Positions 34,301-46,278 of a stretch of 64,000 nt of DNA are shown in pieces. Location of the stretch: IMG/VR virus record IMGVR_UViG_3300029861_000002. One strand, given 5' to 3'. Below the pieces are notes generated by a model. The model saw only the letters and a program-made list of their open reading frames with translations. It was not told where the DNA came from and did no database searches. The translations under genes and the position numbers were made by a program. The first letter of the stretch is position 1. Every line of letters begins with the position of its first letter. This DNA is from a virus (taxonomy: Duplodnaviria > Heunggongvirae > Uroviricota > Caudoviricetes).

Positions 34301-37168
34301 CTCTTCCGCAGCTTCGGCAGCTCGCTTCGCAGCGTCCGCGTCAGCATTGTATGCTTTTACTGCTAAGTAGATTCCACCTACTAATGCTGCAATAAGTGCT
34401 ACATATGGAGCTAACATAATCAATCTTGCTGCCATAGCTGCATTACTTACCTAAGTCGCAGTAGCCACTTCTCCCTCAGAAACTGCTAAAATTTTATTTG
34501 CAGCGGTTCTAGCTAAATTTGCAGCTATACTACTTCCAGTTACAGTAACTTCTGTTCCTGTAACCGCTACAGAAATCGCTTTTTCTTGATTAAGGAATTT
34601 CATAGCGGAAGTAACAGATGGAATAATCATACTTAATCCAGTTAGAATTGTAATAAATCTTTCTCCAGAGGTCATATCCTCATCGGAAAAAACCCTACCA
34701 ATACTATTGATGCCATTAACTGCCATTAAAAGAGATGATATAGCATTTCCAGCCTATACTATTCCACTAGCCCAATCTTTAGAAGAAGAATTAAGGTTAT
34801 TAATATTAGTTACAACTCGCTAAATAGCATTGTTATATGCTTCCTAAGTAATTTCTCCTCTTTGCAGCTATAAATGCAAATTCATCAAAGTATCAATATA
34901 AGAATTTATATTATTTTTATTTACTCCAAGCTAAGAAAGGACATTACCCAATTCTTTAATTTGACTTTCTGTATTATCTGCTTGGGTTCCAAGACGTTTT
35001 AAATAAGACTCCATCTCCTAGACCGTCTTATTTGAAGTATCTAAATTAGAGTAGGTAGCAATTAATTCTTTTAAATTCTATTCATACTTCTCACTTGTAG
35101 CGTCTAAATTCTAAAACTAATTAGAAATAAGTCGTAAACTAGCATGTTTTTTTGCTAATGAATCAAGCTATTTAGAAATATTACTAAAAACAGTTTCAAC
35201 AGTTGTGTCAGGATTAATTTCTAAATTGATCCGATATGTCTTTTTAGCTTTTTTGTTCCACTAATCTATTTCTGCTTTTAACTGATCCTGCCAACCTTCT
35301 GAGCCTTGAGGGATATTAATGAAAATTGAACCAAATTTTTCCGTAGCTGATTGCTATAGTTTTCCTATAGTGTCAGCAATAATTAAATTTTCATCTCTAA
35401 GTATATCTAACTACTGCTATTGTGACTATAACTATTTCCTCTGCTCAATAGTCATCGAATCATATTTTGAATTAATAGCCCCCTACACTTCTGCCTAACG
35501 ATACATAATATTTAATCTATATGCTTCTGCGTCGCCTGCGGCATAAGTAGATTCTAAATTTTTCAATATATCAACAGCATTAGACTATAATACTCTAGCT
35601 CGTTCAGCTTCTACTCCAGTAATAATACTAATATTTGTTGCCATATTTCTCATTGAATTGGCAATCTTATCCCCATAAACTGAAGTGATTAATGTACCAG
35701 TGGTTAATAAAATACCATTTAATCCACCCATTCCATCAACAATATCTGCAATTCCAGATAAGAATGGAGAAGCTATGTTATCAGCACTTATAAATAATTC
35801 AGGATTTATAATACTATCATAAATATCTTCCGCAGATGCTCTTACTCTATCTCTAGCTGCTTCCCAAGATTCAGCATAAATATCAGCCTGCTCCTGTAAA
35901 GAACCACTAGCGCCATACGCACTCTCTAGATTTTCCTAGAAGAAATCCCAGTTATCCATGAGAGCAATAAGGCGGGTATATTGACGTACTCCAGCTACAG
36001 TCTATGCTAATGCAATCTATTGATCATTAGATAAAGTTTCCCATTTCTCTCCCATTTCATCTAATAGAGTATCCATGGTTTTAATTTCTCCATTAACATC
36101 AAAGATGTTAATTCCAACTTTATCAAGAGCCTAAGAGTATTTATTTAAAGTAGTTCCATCATCAAGTGTTTCGCCAAGATTTAAGCCCTGAATACGTGCA
36201 AATAATGTTCTAAATGCAGTACCTACAGTATTCGCAGATTCACGAGTTGTAGCAGTAACAGTTGCTAATGCAGATGCTGCATACTCATAACTCAAACCTA
36301 CTGTCTCTGCAACTGCGGCGAACTGCTAGATACCTTCTGAAATTTCATCAGAGCTTGATGCAGTATCCGCACCTAAGCGAACCATGACATCTGCATAATA
36401 CTCAAGACTTTTACTTCCATCATAAAAGTTATTCCATACCGCAGTTAACTGATCAGATGCAGTCTAAGCACTAACACCTGCGGCGTTCGCCATTTTTATA
36501 GTAGTTTCAGTTCTATCTAAAACTTCCTACTCAGTAAGACCCTATTGATAATAAATTAGAGCTGCATCAGTATAGTCTACAGTAGTTGTACTTAATGCTT
36601 TAGCAGCTTTATTTGCCTATTCCGCGAATAGAGCCATATCTTCCGCAGAATTTTCAGTAACTATACGAATGTTTGTTAAAGATTCATTTAAATCTTTTGC
36701 ATAACCATAGGCGGTTTCAAGAGTACCAACAAAACTATTTAAAGCAGTTGAGGTAACTTGCCAACGAACAGTATTTTTCATTGTTATCCATAGCTGATCG
36801 AATAATTTACTCGTTCTTACTAATGGAAGTTCAGCAGAAGATATAGCTTTAACTACCTATGAAAAAGCTTCCTATCCTGCTGGACCAATACTTGTTAAGC
36901 TACGTCCATAGTCATTTAAACTTTTTCCACTTCTCTCTAAACTTTTAGCAAATGTAGTTAGATCTAATTTCCCAGTATTTTCATTAAAAGCAGAGGTTAA
37001 AATTGTCTAAAGTTCTCTTGCCTATTGAGTAGCACTATCTAAACCTAAAAAAGATTTTTGGCCTGAACCAATACTATTTAATGCTTTAACGGCATCATTT
37101 ACTGCTCTATAAAGTTCAGTAGTATCAGCGGTAAACCCAATCTAATAGTTTAATCTTTTATTAGCCAC
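28370..37168 (-). CDS. Tape measure protein (about 2932 aa)
   Basis: GTG start after GAGGAAAAGG; six track ORFs share one frame joined by TAGs; TMP-type motif GTAFRTLFARIQ; long coiled coil. Confidence 0.85.
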
Positions 37169-37205
37169 AGTCCTTTTCCTCCTTTATCTCTACGATAAAA
37201 CAAAT

Positions 37206-37243
37206 AAGGCTCTTGAGAATTATATCTTCTCAAGAGCCTTTTA
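37206..37243. terminator. Stem-loop upstream of the tape measure gene
   Basis: AAGGCTCTTGAGAA...TTCTCAAGAGCCTT. Confidence 0.55.
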
Positions 37244-37278
37244 ATTCTCTATCTAATTTGTAAATTTTATTAGATTTA

Positions 37279-37809
37279 TTAATCTTTTCCAACCACATCT
37301 TTAATTACTGATAGTGTTTCAAGATTTTCACCATTCTTAATCTTTTCTAGCATATCAGTAATATATGTATCAAGACCAGAAGCATTTTTATTCATCATCT
37401 GAATAATGCCGGCCGCAGAGCTATTATATCTTGAAATATCGCTTATAGTATCCTTAACTAAATCCTCAATAAAAGATAGTTCCTCCACCGGAATAATATC
37501 ACGAATTGCATCAATTACACCGTTTGTCTCAAGAGTGTCATAGGTTTTTGCGATATTTTCATGCACATCTTCTGGCTCAAAAGTAATTCCGCCATACCAT
37601 CTGCATATAGCAATAGCAAAATAGGTCTCCACTCTAACTGGACTAAAACAGCCAGTTGCCTCATCTATTGATAAATCAGTGACAAACATAATAAGATTTG
37701 TTTTATCAGCAATAGGAAGATAATTAGCCACAGACAAAATCTTATCTGCTCCAACCTTTACTTCTGTATATTTAACTTTAGGCTCAAGCCCCAAATCTTT
37801 AAAAGTCAT
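37279..37809 (-). CDS. Hypothetical protein (position suggests tail assembly chaperone)
   Basis: Intact TAG-free ORF directly upstream of the tape measure gene. Confidence 0.6.
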   Translation of the reverse strand: MTFKDLGLEPKVKYTEVKVGADKILSVANYLPIADKTNLIMFVTDLSIDEATGCFSPVRVETYFAIAICRWYGGITFEPEDVHENIAKTYDTLETNGVIDAIRDIIPVEELSFIEDLVKDTISDISRYNSSAAGIIQMMNKNASGLDTYITDMLEKIKNGENLETLSVIKDVVGKD

Positions 37810-37841
37810 TGTAAAATCTCCTTTATCTCATTTATATTTTT

Positions 37842-37870
37842 ATTATACTAGAAAAATTAACTATTGTCAA
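37842..37870 (-). promoter_or_regulatory. Consensus SigA promoter
   Basis: TTGACA-17 bp-TATAAT on the minus strand. Confidence 0.8.
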
Positions 37871-37872
37871 GT

Positions 37873-39309
37873 TTAATATGCGTATTTAGATAGTATATTA
37901 TTATTTAAAGTTGCTGCAATAGTTAATTTATTTATAACTCCATTGACTATATTACTACGGGTGATTGCATCTAATATGTTTGCTCCAGAATTGCCATACC
38001 ACTTATTACCCAGAGCGCCTTCTCCACCAATAGAAACCACTTCATGAGCACTATTTCTAACAATATCATCACAGATATTATTAATAATTCGCTAGATTGA
38101 AAATACTCTACCATTAACTATAATAAACTATCCTAAATGACCCTTCTATGAACTAAACTCACTAGACTGAATCCACTAATTAAAGAAGGACGCTGCAACA
38201 GAAGCCCGTATATTATTAAACGATTCTTCAAAATCAGCTCCAGTATATCTATGAGCAATCATATTATAAGCAAGATACTTCTCTGGCTAACCAGAAAAAT
38301 ATTCTCCAACATTCATACTTGAAGAAGCAGAAATTTTATTCTAAGACATTTTCTTATTTTGCCATCTTGCATTTACATTTGTCCCTATCTCTATATTAAA
38401 AGTCTGATTGCCCTTGGTTACTTGCAAACTAAAGGTATCATTATTAAATATATTTGTAGTACCTTTAGACTTAGAGACATTATTCTATCCTTTATCAACC
38501 CATCGCAATTTTCCACCAGATTGCGCGATTACCTTATCTAATATACTATCCGCGGTATTAACTCCTATTGATATACCCTCTGCAACTATCGCCTAACTAA
38601 TCTAATTTCCAATAACCCTTCTAAATATATAAGCAATAGTATTAGCAAAAGAACGAGAGTTTACTGATCCCTATTCACTTAAACGAGTAACAGCCCTGTT
38701 TAAAGAATCTATTACATCTTTTGCGATATTTATATCTCCTTTGCCAACAGCCATAACATAACTTTGCTATGCCTAATCTATCTAAAAGCTAGTTCCTATT
38801 AGCTATCTTCCAATCTATGTTAAAGCATCAAGAACATTAACATTTATCATATTCGCTTTCGTTAAAGCTGATATAAGTAACCTAAAGAAATCATTCACTC
38901 TCTATATTTCCGGTGTACCAGTTGATAACAAGTTATTAAAGCTTCCAACCTATTGCAATATAGTATTATAGTTTTCAAAATCTACCTATCCACCAGCTAA
39001 TTCAATACCCTCATTAATACCGGCGGCAATCTAATCAAGAGTAGAGTCTAATAGGGTTCCTATCTCTAGATCACTTAGAATCTTTAATCCACTTGCCGCG
39101 GAAGGCGCCTTTAGCTGCATCTATTCTTGAATTGAGGAAATCTAAGCCTCAATTCCCGCAGTCTATGCTTTATTTACTGCCTATTGATACTATGCGCTAA
39201 ATAAGGTATTCGCTGATTCTACATCGCCATATTCTCTCAAATGACTACTATGATATACAATATAGTTAATAGACCAACGCTAAACATAATCATAAATATC
39301 AATATCCAT
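37873..39309 (-). CDS. Hypothetical protein, TAG-rich (478 aa)
   Basis: ATG 39309 after AAGGAG; frame-consistent TAA at 37873; invisible in the standard code. Confidence 0.6.
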
Positions 39310-39335
39310 AACTCCAATTACTCCTTATAAAAAGA

Positions 39336-39364
39336 AAAAGGGAGGACATTAAGTCCTCCCTTTA
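39336..39364 (-). terminator. Terminator after major tail gene
   Basis: AAAAGGGAGGAC-attaa-GTCCTCCCTTTT. Confidence 0.7.
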
Positions 39365-39366
39365 GA

Positions 39367-40761
39367 TTAAATTCCGTCATCCTCGGTGACAGAGACTAAC
39401 TTATTGCGAATGCTAGTCTTAGCTTTTGCTGCGGTAGATGTAGCAAAGCTAAGTTTGTTGTTAATGGTATAACTCTTTTCAAAATCACCATTAATCTTAT
39501 TAATCTTTGCGGTAATAGGAGTTGCCTGATCTTCGCTGGTAAGAATTACAAGCAATCCTTGAGCCAACTCTTCGCCACTAACGGTTTGAGTCTTTGTATT
39601 ACCTTCAATTCTTGGGTCTGTAGAGAAGTATTTCTCATAAGCTGGGTTTGTAGTTACCACATTATATTGGGTGCTATCGCTCTCTACTGGAATTTGTAGG
39701 CTGATCTGAGCAGCTTCTGCGATAGTATCGCCATAGGTCTCAGTATCATAAGCTTTTCCTGTTACATTACCGGTAACATCAAGCTCTGCGGCTGTAGCAC
39801 TATTAGATACGAAACTTACAGTCACATCAGCAGCTTCGCTCTCATAAGTGCCTACATTCTCAGAGCATGGCTCACGAGTTTCCTCGGTCTCGCCGCTTTC
39901 ATCAGTAATTACTTGAATTGCAGCCAATACCTTATGGGTTTGGTCGAACTTGGTGTAATCAGGGAAAGCATCCATTGTAAAGGTGAAGGTAGAAGGATCT
40001 CCGTTAGCTGCCATGCTGAATGTGAAGTTACTCTGAACTTTACAGTTAGGAATGATAAATTCAGCAGGCATATCCACGCCATCGCTCTCACGACGGAATA
40101 GAGTTGAAGCCTCAAGATAATAGTTACCACCAAACTTATCAGCAGTAATTTCAATCATTTGTGCTCCACCGGTACGTTTTACATAGTAGTCAACTAAAAC
40201 AATGGTTCCCGCAGGAAGTACACCCGCATGAGAATAACAAGTTAAAGTTGTTTTGCCATCTTCTGTGTAACTTACAGAAACAGGAATACAAGGCTCGGCA
40301 TTAACCTGACCATCATCACCTAAAACCATCACAAAGATGTCGGCAGAACGATGATACATTTCATTATCATGGTCAGTAAATCCATTCCAGCAAGCCTTGT
40401 CTGGAACAATAATAGTATTGGCAGTCTCAACTTCAATCTGAGAAGTCTGGTGAACATAGATAGGAGCTTCTTTTATTGCATCAAGTAGGCCAGCACCAGA
40501 AAGAATAGAGAAGCTTTCTGGAGAGAGTAGAGCATCTTCCATTGTAAAGGTTAGAGTACGCTCGCCTTCCCAAGCAATCAATCTAGAATATCCACGTCCG
40601 CCCTGCGCATACACTGTTGTTGCAGCACCTTCAAGAGTAGAGGTTCTTAAAGTGTCGAAATATAAAACTGGTTCATTTTTGTAGAACTTACGATTACCAA
40701 GGATTTGATAACTCTTCGCACGAAGCACTACATCGCAAATCTCACGAATACCAAAACGCAT
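39367..40761 (-). CDS. Major tail (tube) protein with C-terminal extension
   Basis: TAG-free 464-aa ORF; tube-like motifs (FTFSMAANGDPSTFTFTMD); synteny; own terminator. Confidence 0.7.
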   Translation of the reverse strand: MRFGIREICDVVLRAKSYQILGNRKFYKNEPVLYFDTLRTSTLEGAATTVYAQGGRGYSRLIAWEGERTLTFTMEDALLSPESFSILSGAGLLDAIKEAPIYVHQTSQIEVETANTIIVPDKACWNGFTDHDNEMYHRSADIFVMVLGDDGQVNAEPCIPVSVSYTEDGKTTLTCYSHAGVLPAGTIVLVDYYVKRTGGAQMIEITADKFGGNYYLEASTLFRRESDGVDMPAEFIIPNCKVQSNFTFSMAANGDPSTFTFTMDAFPDYTKFDQTHKVLAAIQVITDESGETEETREPCSENVGTYESEAADVTVSFVSNSATAAELDVTGNVTGKAYDTETYGDTIAEAAQISLQIPVESDSTQYNVVTTNPAYEKYFSTDPRIEGNTKTQTVSGEELAQGLLVILTSEDQATPITAKINKINGDFEKSYTINNKLSFATSTAAKAKTSIRNKLVSVTEDDGI

Positions 40762-40775
40762 GAGCTAATTCCTCC

Positions 40776-41525
40776 TTAATTTTTAGGATGTATATCTCGC
40801 ATCCATGATTCAACTGGTTTATCCGGTTTGCCGCCTGCAAGACGAACCCGCAGATCAACATCCCATTCAATAAATGCATTATATCTTTCCATCAAGTCAA
40901 ATATCTAAAACATATTGAGATTAAGGCAATCTTCTAAGCTCAATGTCTAAGATCCAACTGTTAGGATAGATACATAACGTGTTAAAACACTTTCATTATT
41001 TCCTTTATTCTTTATCTCCGCTACTTTACGACGTCCTCGCATTAACTTCTCTGCTATTTCTTTTGCTCTATCATTCGCAGGATTATAAATAACATTATTA
41101 CCTTGAAATATGCTATTTACACATAAGACCTCTTTTAATGTATCTTGAAAAATGTCAAAATTATTATCATCTATCAAAATAGGTTGATTTTCATTCTATT
41201 TTGTTAAAATAATAGAATTTCTAGTAAGTAGTGGTATATAGTCAGGAAATAATAATGTAAGAAGCATAATAATTGCATCTTTCTTATCCTTATCCTAAGA
41301 CTGTTCTAACACCTTCATCAATACTTGAAAATTAGTTAAGGATGATGAAAGAATTTCGTCCTATATTAATGATTCTTTGTCTAAACAAAGATATTGAACT
41401 GCCATAAAAAATTTTGTCTCGCCTATAAGAGCTATTTCTTTAATGGTGGGAACATGAATAATAAGTTGTAATTCAGGAATGGGAATATCAATCCCAGCCA
41501 TTAAAGCTAATCTATAATCAGACAA
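40776..41525 (-). CDS. Virion morphogenesis protein
   Basis: With TAG=Q: 249 aa, TTG start. Confidence 0.6.
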
Positions 41526-42054
41526 GTGGATTTACCTTATCCTCATTACCACGAATTGCAAGATAGGTAAGAGACAAACCGGCAAACTCTTCATCATAAA
41601 TATACGGAACAGCGGATACAAATTCAAGTTCTCCTATCCCAGTTAAATGAGTTTTATCCAACATTGAATCTATCTCTCCGGCTATCCTATAAGGACGCAA
41701 ATCATAATCTCCTAAATCCCAATTATCATAATGACATATAATATCTATTCCAAAGGTATTATCTCTATATTCAGGATTAGTAGAATTTCTAACCATCGTA
41801 CCATAAATTAATCGCAAATATGATTTTTCTGGCCTATCTACTTTAATTTTAGGCACAGGAGAAATTTGCTATGTTTCAATCATTTCCTTTATCATATCTC
41901 CGGTAACCGCAGGTTTACTTTTCCAATCTCTAGTATTATAAGCTAATAACTTTAAAACATTCTAATTAGAAAGTATCCTCTCCATAATCAATGAAGCGTC
42001 TTTCTAAATTCCCAATAAACTAGATTTAGGATATTCATAGGTATTCTTTTTCAT
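41518..42054 (-). CDS. Tail terminator/completion-like protein
   Basis: With TAG=Q: 178 aa; IDIICH...RPYRIAGEIDSML; synteny. Confidence 0.6.
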
Positions 42055-42066
42055 TAATTTCACCCC

Positions 42067-43059
42067 TTAGAACAAAGACTCTACCACAATAACTTTTTCT
42101 AGCGTAATATTTTCTTTTTCCCATATTAGAGTGAATTGACCATGAGTAGATTTATTCCATACTAAATCTACTGCTTTATTTCCATTCGGACATAAAGTTA
42201 CAGGGAAATCTTTTTCTAGTATTGACCAAGTTCCATTAGGTTCTTCAACAGAATAAGTCTCTTTTATTAAGGGCTTAATGAAAGTTTCACCTAATATTCC
42301 ACTTTCTGGAGTAGGATCAACAGGCTCAAAAACTAATCCATCTTTCATACTATTCTCAATATCGTCTGTATCTCTATTGATATAGTCCTCTTCTGCATTG
42401 ACTTCAATAACATTTCTCATGCTAATATCGTCTGGAGCCTAGACTTTCCAGCACCGTCCCGCAAATAGAAATTCTTTATATCTATCAAAAGCATGAATTG
42501 TTTTCTCATTTCTTGGCATGAGGATATTTAAACTTAAATTAGGTTTATCTAATCTCTCTTGATTTTTCTGAATAGATTCTATCTAAGTTTCAACTGGCCC
42601 TCTAATTGCCGCCCATGTTTCACACCATTTTCCATCCTAATCTTTAAATTTAATCTTATATCTACAACGTCTTATTTCTCCTCTAAAGTAAGCATCCTCG
42701 GTTATTTCTTCTAAATAGATAATCCAATAAGTCCCAGTTCTTTTCCACTCAAAGACATCTCCCGGTTCATATTTTGCCATATGATCTATTGAAATTATCT
42801 TATCATCATAATCTTGTTTTACTTTATCGGGATTAATAAGCGCTCTATATATAGGATAAATACCCATTTCATTATCAATAGCATCTAAAGATGCATCTAA
42901 TACCTAAGATGATTTTTGTACCATCTAAACTGAACAACTTTGATAAGAATACTATAACGCTTTTTGAAGAGTGCGCCATTTATCCTTTATCATTCTATCT
43001 TCTTGCCGAATACCGCCTTGCCACTCAAGTCTTTTCCTCATTAATTCAAGATTTGTCAT
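42067..43059 (-). CDS. Head closure/neck-like protein
   Basis: With TAG=Q: 330 aa joining two track ORFs; synteny. Confidence 0.6.
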
Positions 43060-43357
43060 CTTTTATCACCTATACCAATAAATCTATACATCTAAAGACT
43101 GTTTTTCGATAAATCATAAAATCTTCTTTACATACACTTGAAGTTAAACCTTCTAATTTAGATAATAAGATAAGACCTTCGACTTTATCTTTATATATCC
43201 TAACTAAACCACTAATTTCCTCTATCATAGTATTTAAATGATTTACCCAATCTTCATCATTTTCTTTCATTGGTATTAATTTCCATAACTAATTGATTAG
43301 TCTCTTTAAATCTTGCTCTCTAGTATTTAATGGAAAATTAATTTCATATTTATCCAT
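43046..43357 (-). CDS. Hypothetical protein
   Basis: With TAG=Q: 103 aa. Confidence 0.6.
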
Positions 43358-43886
43358 CAAAAACACTCGTTTCTCTAAGAGTAGACCAGTTCGACTTATA
43401 AGATCCTTCATTATCAATTAGTTTTCTTCTTTTATAAAGACGTTGCATATGGTGGCTTTGGCGCTCAGCTTCCTTCTTTAACTCTATCAATTTTGCTAAA
43501 TGATTAGCCTAAGAAGTCATTTTAAAATCTGTACCAGAATATTTCATTCTCGTCTACTCTATTGATGCTACCTAACGCTATAACCAAGTATTATACATCA
43601 ATAATGCAAGAATGTTTATTTCTTCAGTTGTTAAATGTGCGGAAAAGGCTGGAACAGCAACCGTCCCAGTCTCTTCACTAGCTATCTCAACATTGGTAAA
43701 ACTATATAATGGAAATCTAGGAAATTCAAACCCTGGGAGCGCATCCATTAAAATATTATACAAATCTTTCTCGGTATCTTCCTTAGTCCATTCCATATAC
43801 ATATCATCAGTAATTTTACCAAAAAATCTATCGTACACTTCTTCAAAAAGGGTAGGATCGCCCTAAATTGGATACTTATTATCCAT
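43350..43886 (-). CDS. Head-tail adaptor-like protein
   Basis: With TAG=Q: T.FEEVYDRFFGKITD...LTTEEINILA...DFKMTSQANHL; synteny. Confidence 0.65.
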
Positions 43887-43905
43887 GGCTATAACCTCCC
43901 TTATC

Positions 43906-44442
43906 TTACTCGGATATAGTTACTCTACGCTTTGGAGTATCATCACTTGCAACCGATGCTCTTCTAACAGGCTTAACCTCATTTTTAGAATTTTTTCCTT
44001 CGTCCGCGGTTAATTCCAACGCTTTAGTAACGTTAAAACCTAATTGTTTTTCTATCGCATCTCGCTTTGAAATATCATTCAAAGGAAGAGAAACCGCGTG
44101 AGCCTTAATCAAATCTTTTGTCCCATCAGGGGCAAAATCAAGAGCATCCTTGAATTCATCCAAAGAGCATGACTGCATCCACGAATCAATATCTTTCTCT
44201 TTTAACCAATATTCTGGTTCAACTTTCCCATTAATAAGATATTCAATAATTTCTTTATCATCAATTAATAGATAATTATAAATCAGCTTGCGGCCTCCGG
44301 GTGTTTGAACCAACTTTTCAAGCTCAGATACACTAATCTCTTTATGCTCACCTGGATAGAACATACGACGTACACCAAGCTCAGGCAGTTTATATACCGC
44401 GCGGCCCGCACTTTTATTATAAACAATACACTTATCTTTCAT
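43906..44442 (-). CDS. Hypothetical protein downstream of capsid gene
   Basis: Intact ORF; ATG after AAGGAG. Confidence 0.7.
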   Translation of the reverse strand: MKDKCIVYNKSAGRAVYKLPELGVRRMFYPGEHKEISVSELEKLVQTPGGRKLIYNYLLIDDKEIIEYLINGKVEPEYWLKEKDIDSWMQSCSLDEFKDALDFAPDGTKDLIKAHAVSLPLNDISKRDAIEKQLGFNVTKALELTADEGKNSKNEVKPVRRASVASDDTPKRRVTISE

Positions 44443-44465
44443 ATTATATCTCCTTTTTCTCAATA

Positions 44466-44502
44466 AATAAAGGAGATAGGGATATTTCCCTATCCCCTTT
44501 TA
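44466..44502 (-). terminator. Terminator after major capsid gene
   Basis: GATAGGGA...TCCCTATC stem flanked by A/T tracts. Confidence 0.6.
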
Positions 44503-44503
44503 A

Positions 44504-45556
44504 TTAACCATTATTTGGATTTGGGTTAGTATTATCAAGCTCACCTTGAAGTTCAGTATCAACGTAAGAGAAAATGTTATTTGCCATCATTACGCCAACT
44601 CCGACCTTGCGGTAAACCTGAATATCACGAGACCAGTCGTCGTTATCATCGCGCTCGCGCACGTGAGTAGTACCCTCAAAAGCAACTTTAACAGGACGAG
44701 TATCTGCTCCACCGGGGATAACCCAAGCATAACCAGGGTCAATCATCTTTCTAGAGTTAGTCTCATCCTCAAGGGTTTGAGGTAGAATTACCACTCTAGT
44801 TCCCTTGTAGTTAGCAAGGTATCCAGTTCCCCAATACTGATCTCTCATGTTATCAGAAATCCAAGCCTCGTTGTCTGGAATCATCTTTACTGCAAACTCA
44901 CGAGTACAGTAAATAGTGGGCTGACCATAAGCACTAGCAGTATTTACAAGATAATCCATAGTAGCTTCATCAAAACCAGCAACGGCACAACGGTTTGCCG
45001 CGGGAAGCTGATTAATAGAACCCATAAGAGCTTGAGCAATCTCTCTATAAATAAGCTCTTGCATACCCTCAGTTACAATCTGAGTAAGTTCTGCGAAGTT
45101 TACTCTTCCGTCGAGGAACTCCTCGAATCCGATACGAGCAGCTCCGCCGATAGCACTTGTACCAACTTCGAAGCTCTCAGAACCGAGCTTAAAGGTCTCG
45201 TATGCGCCAGCAAGTCCCACACGAGTGATGAATTGCTTAGCACGGGTAAGTCCAGTTCTACGAGTAAATACAGGTTTATCTCCCTGTCCGAAAGTTCTAA
45301 TCTCGGCAAAATTGCCATAAGAATTGAGTAAACGATTAGGAACAACTTCATCCATAGTTTGCTCAATTAAAGAGAATAGAGTATGTTTATTTTCTCTATA
45401 AAGTTCATCTGTGCCAACAAGCTCATTTAACTCATTGCGCAAAGTGGTGTTCAAAGCGTCGTAGCTAAAGGATTCTCCTTGATAGCTATAGGTACCAGAA
45501 GGATTTGCATTGGCGACAGTCTTCATTAAACTAAGTAAATTAGCTTTATCTAACAT
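44504..45556 (-). CDS. Major capsid protein
   Basis: TAG-free 350-aa ORF after portal, protease/scaffold and decoration genes; own terminator. Confidence 0.8.
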   Translation of the reverse strand: MLDKANLLSLMKTVANANPSGTYSYQGESFSYDALNTTLRNELNELVGTDELYRENKHTLFSLIEQTMDEVVPNRLLNSYGNFAEIRTFGQGDKPVFTRRTGLTRAKQFITRVGLAGAYETFKLGSESFEVGTSAIGGAARIGFEEFLDGRVNFAELTQIVTEGMQELIYREIAQALMGSINQLPAANRCAVAGFDEATMDYLVNTASAYGQPTIYCTREFAVKMIPDNEAWISDNMRDQYWGTGYLANYKGTRVVILPQTLEDETNSRKMIDPGYAWVIPGGADTRPVKVAFEGTTHVRERDDNDDWSRDIQVYRKVGVGVMMANNIFSYVDTELQGELDNTNPNPNNG

Positions 45557-45575
45557 TCTTCTTCACTCCTTCCAA

Positions 45576-46265
45576 TTAACCTACACGCTGTACTTTTACA
45601 CCGGGTTGAAGATCGGGCATGGTGTATACTTTTACTACTGTAAAGATAGGATCTAAATCTCCACCCTTAGCAGAAGATTCAGTATCCTCGGTTAAATAAC
45701 CATCAGTACCAATCTTTAAACGATCTCCAACAGCAAGTGAACCGGCATCAGCCTTAATAGTATTAGTTGTCCAAATATCACCAATACTAATCTTAATTAC
45801 ACGTGGAACCATTTTAGTTCCTTCTGGCATCAAAGCTGGATAAGTAAATGTTTCCATATTCTTTTTATATGCTACGTTACTACCTTCACGTACAGCTTCA
45901 CCAGTATAGTCATTAATGGTAGCGAGTGTAGAAACGGTCTGTCCGATTGGGCTATAAACACGAGCGTTATAGTTATCTTTAATCATAGCAAAATCGGCAT
46001 CAGTCTCACGATCTCTATAAATTTTTACCTCATTGAATACCATCATCCAAGCACCAGAAGTAGCCTCTGTGCTAAAATCACATACACCCTTAGCATAGTC
46101 ATACTTTACGAATTGACCATTCTCAAGAAGGGTGATTGTGCTAGCAGCAGGAAGCTGGGCATATACCTGACCATTTCTTGGAGCGGAAAGATGGTTTGGT
46201 TCTACTTGACCATATCCATATTGGACAAAAGTAGCATTACCTAATCTTTTAGAACTCTTAGCCAT
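45576..46265 (-). CDS. Head decoration/cement-like protein
   Basis: TAG-free; GYGQVEPNHL...LENG motif; directly upstream of the capsid gene. Confidence 0.65.
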   Translation of the reverse strand: MAKSSKRLGNATFVQYGYGQVEPNHLSAPRNGQVYAQLPAASTITLLENGQFVKYDYAKGVCDFSTEATSGAWMMVFNEVKIYRDRETDADFAMIKDNYNARVYSPIGQTVSTLATINDYTGEAVREGSNVAYKKNMETFTYPALMPEGTKMVPRVIKISIGDIWTTNTIKADAGSLAVGDRLKIGTDGYLTEDTESSAKGGDLDPIFTVVKVYTMPDLQPGVKVQRVG

Positions 46266-46278
46266 TCTTTAATCCTCC

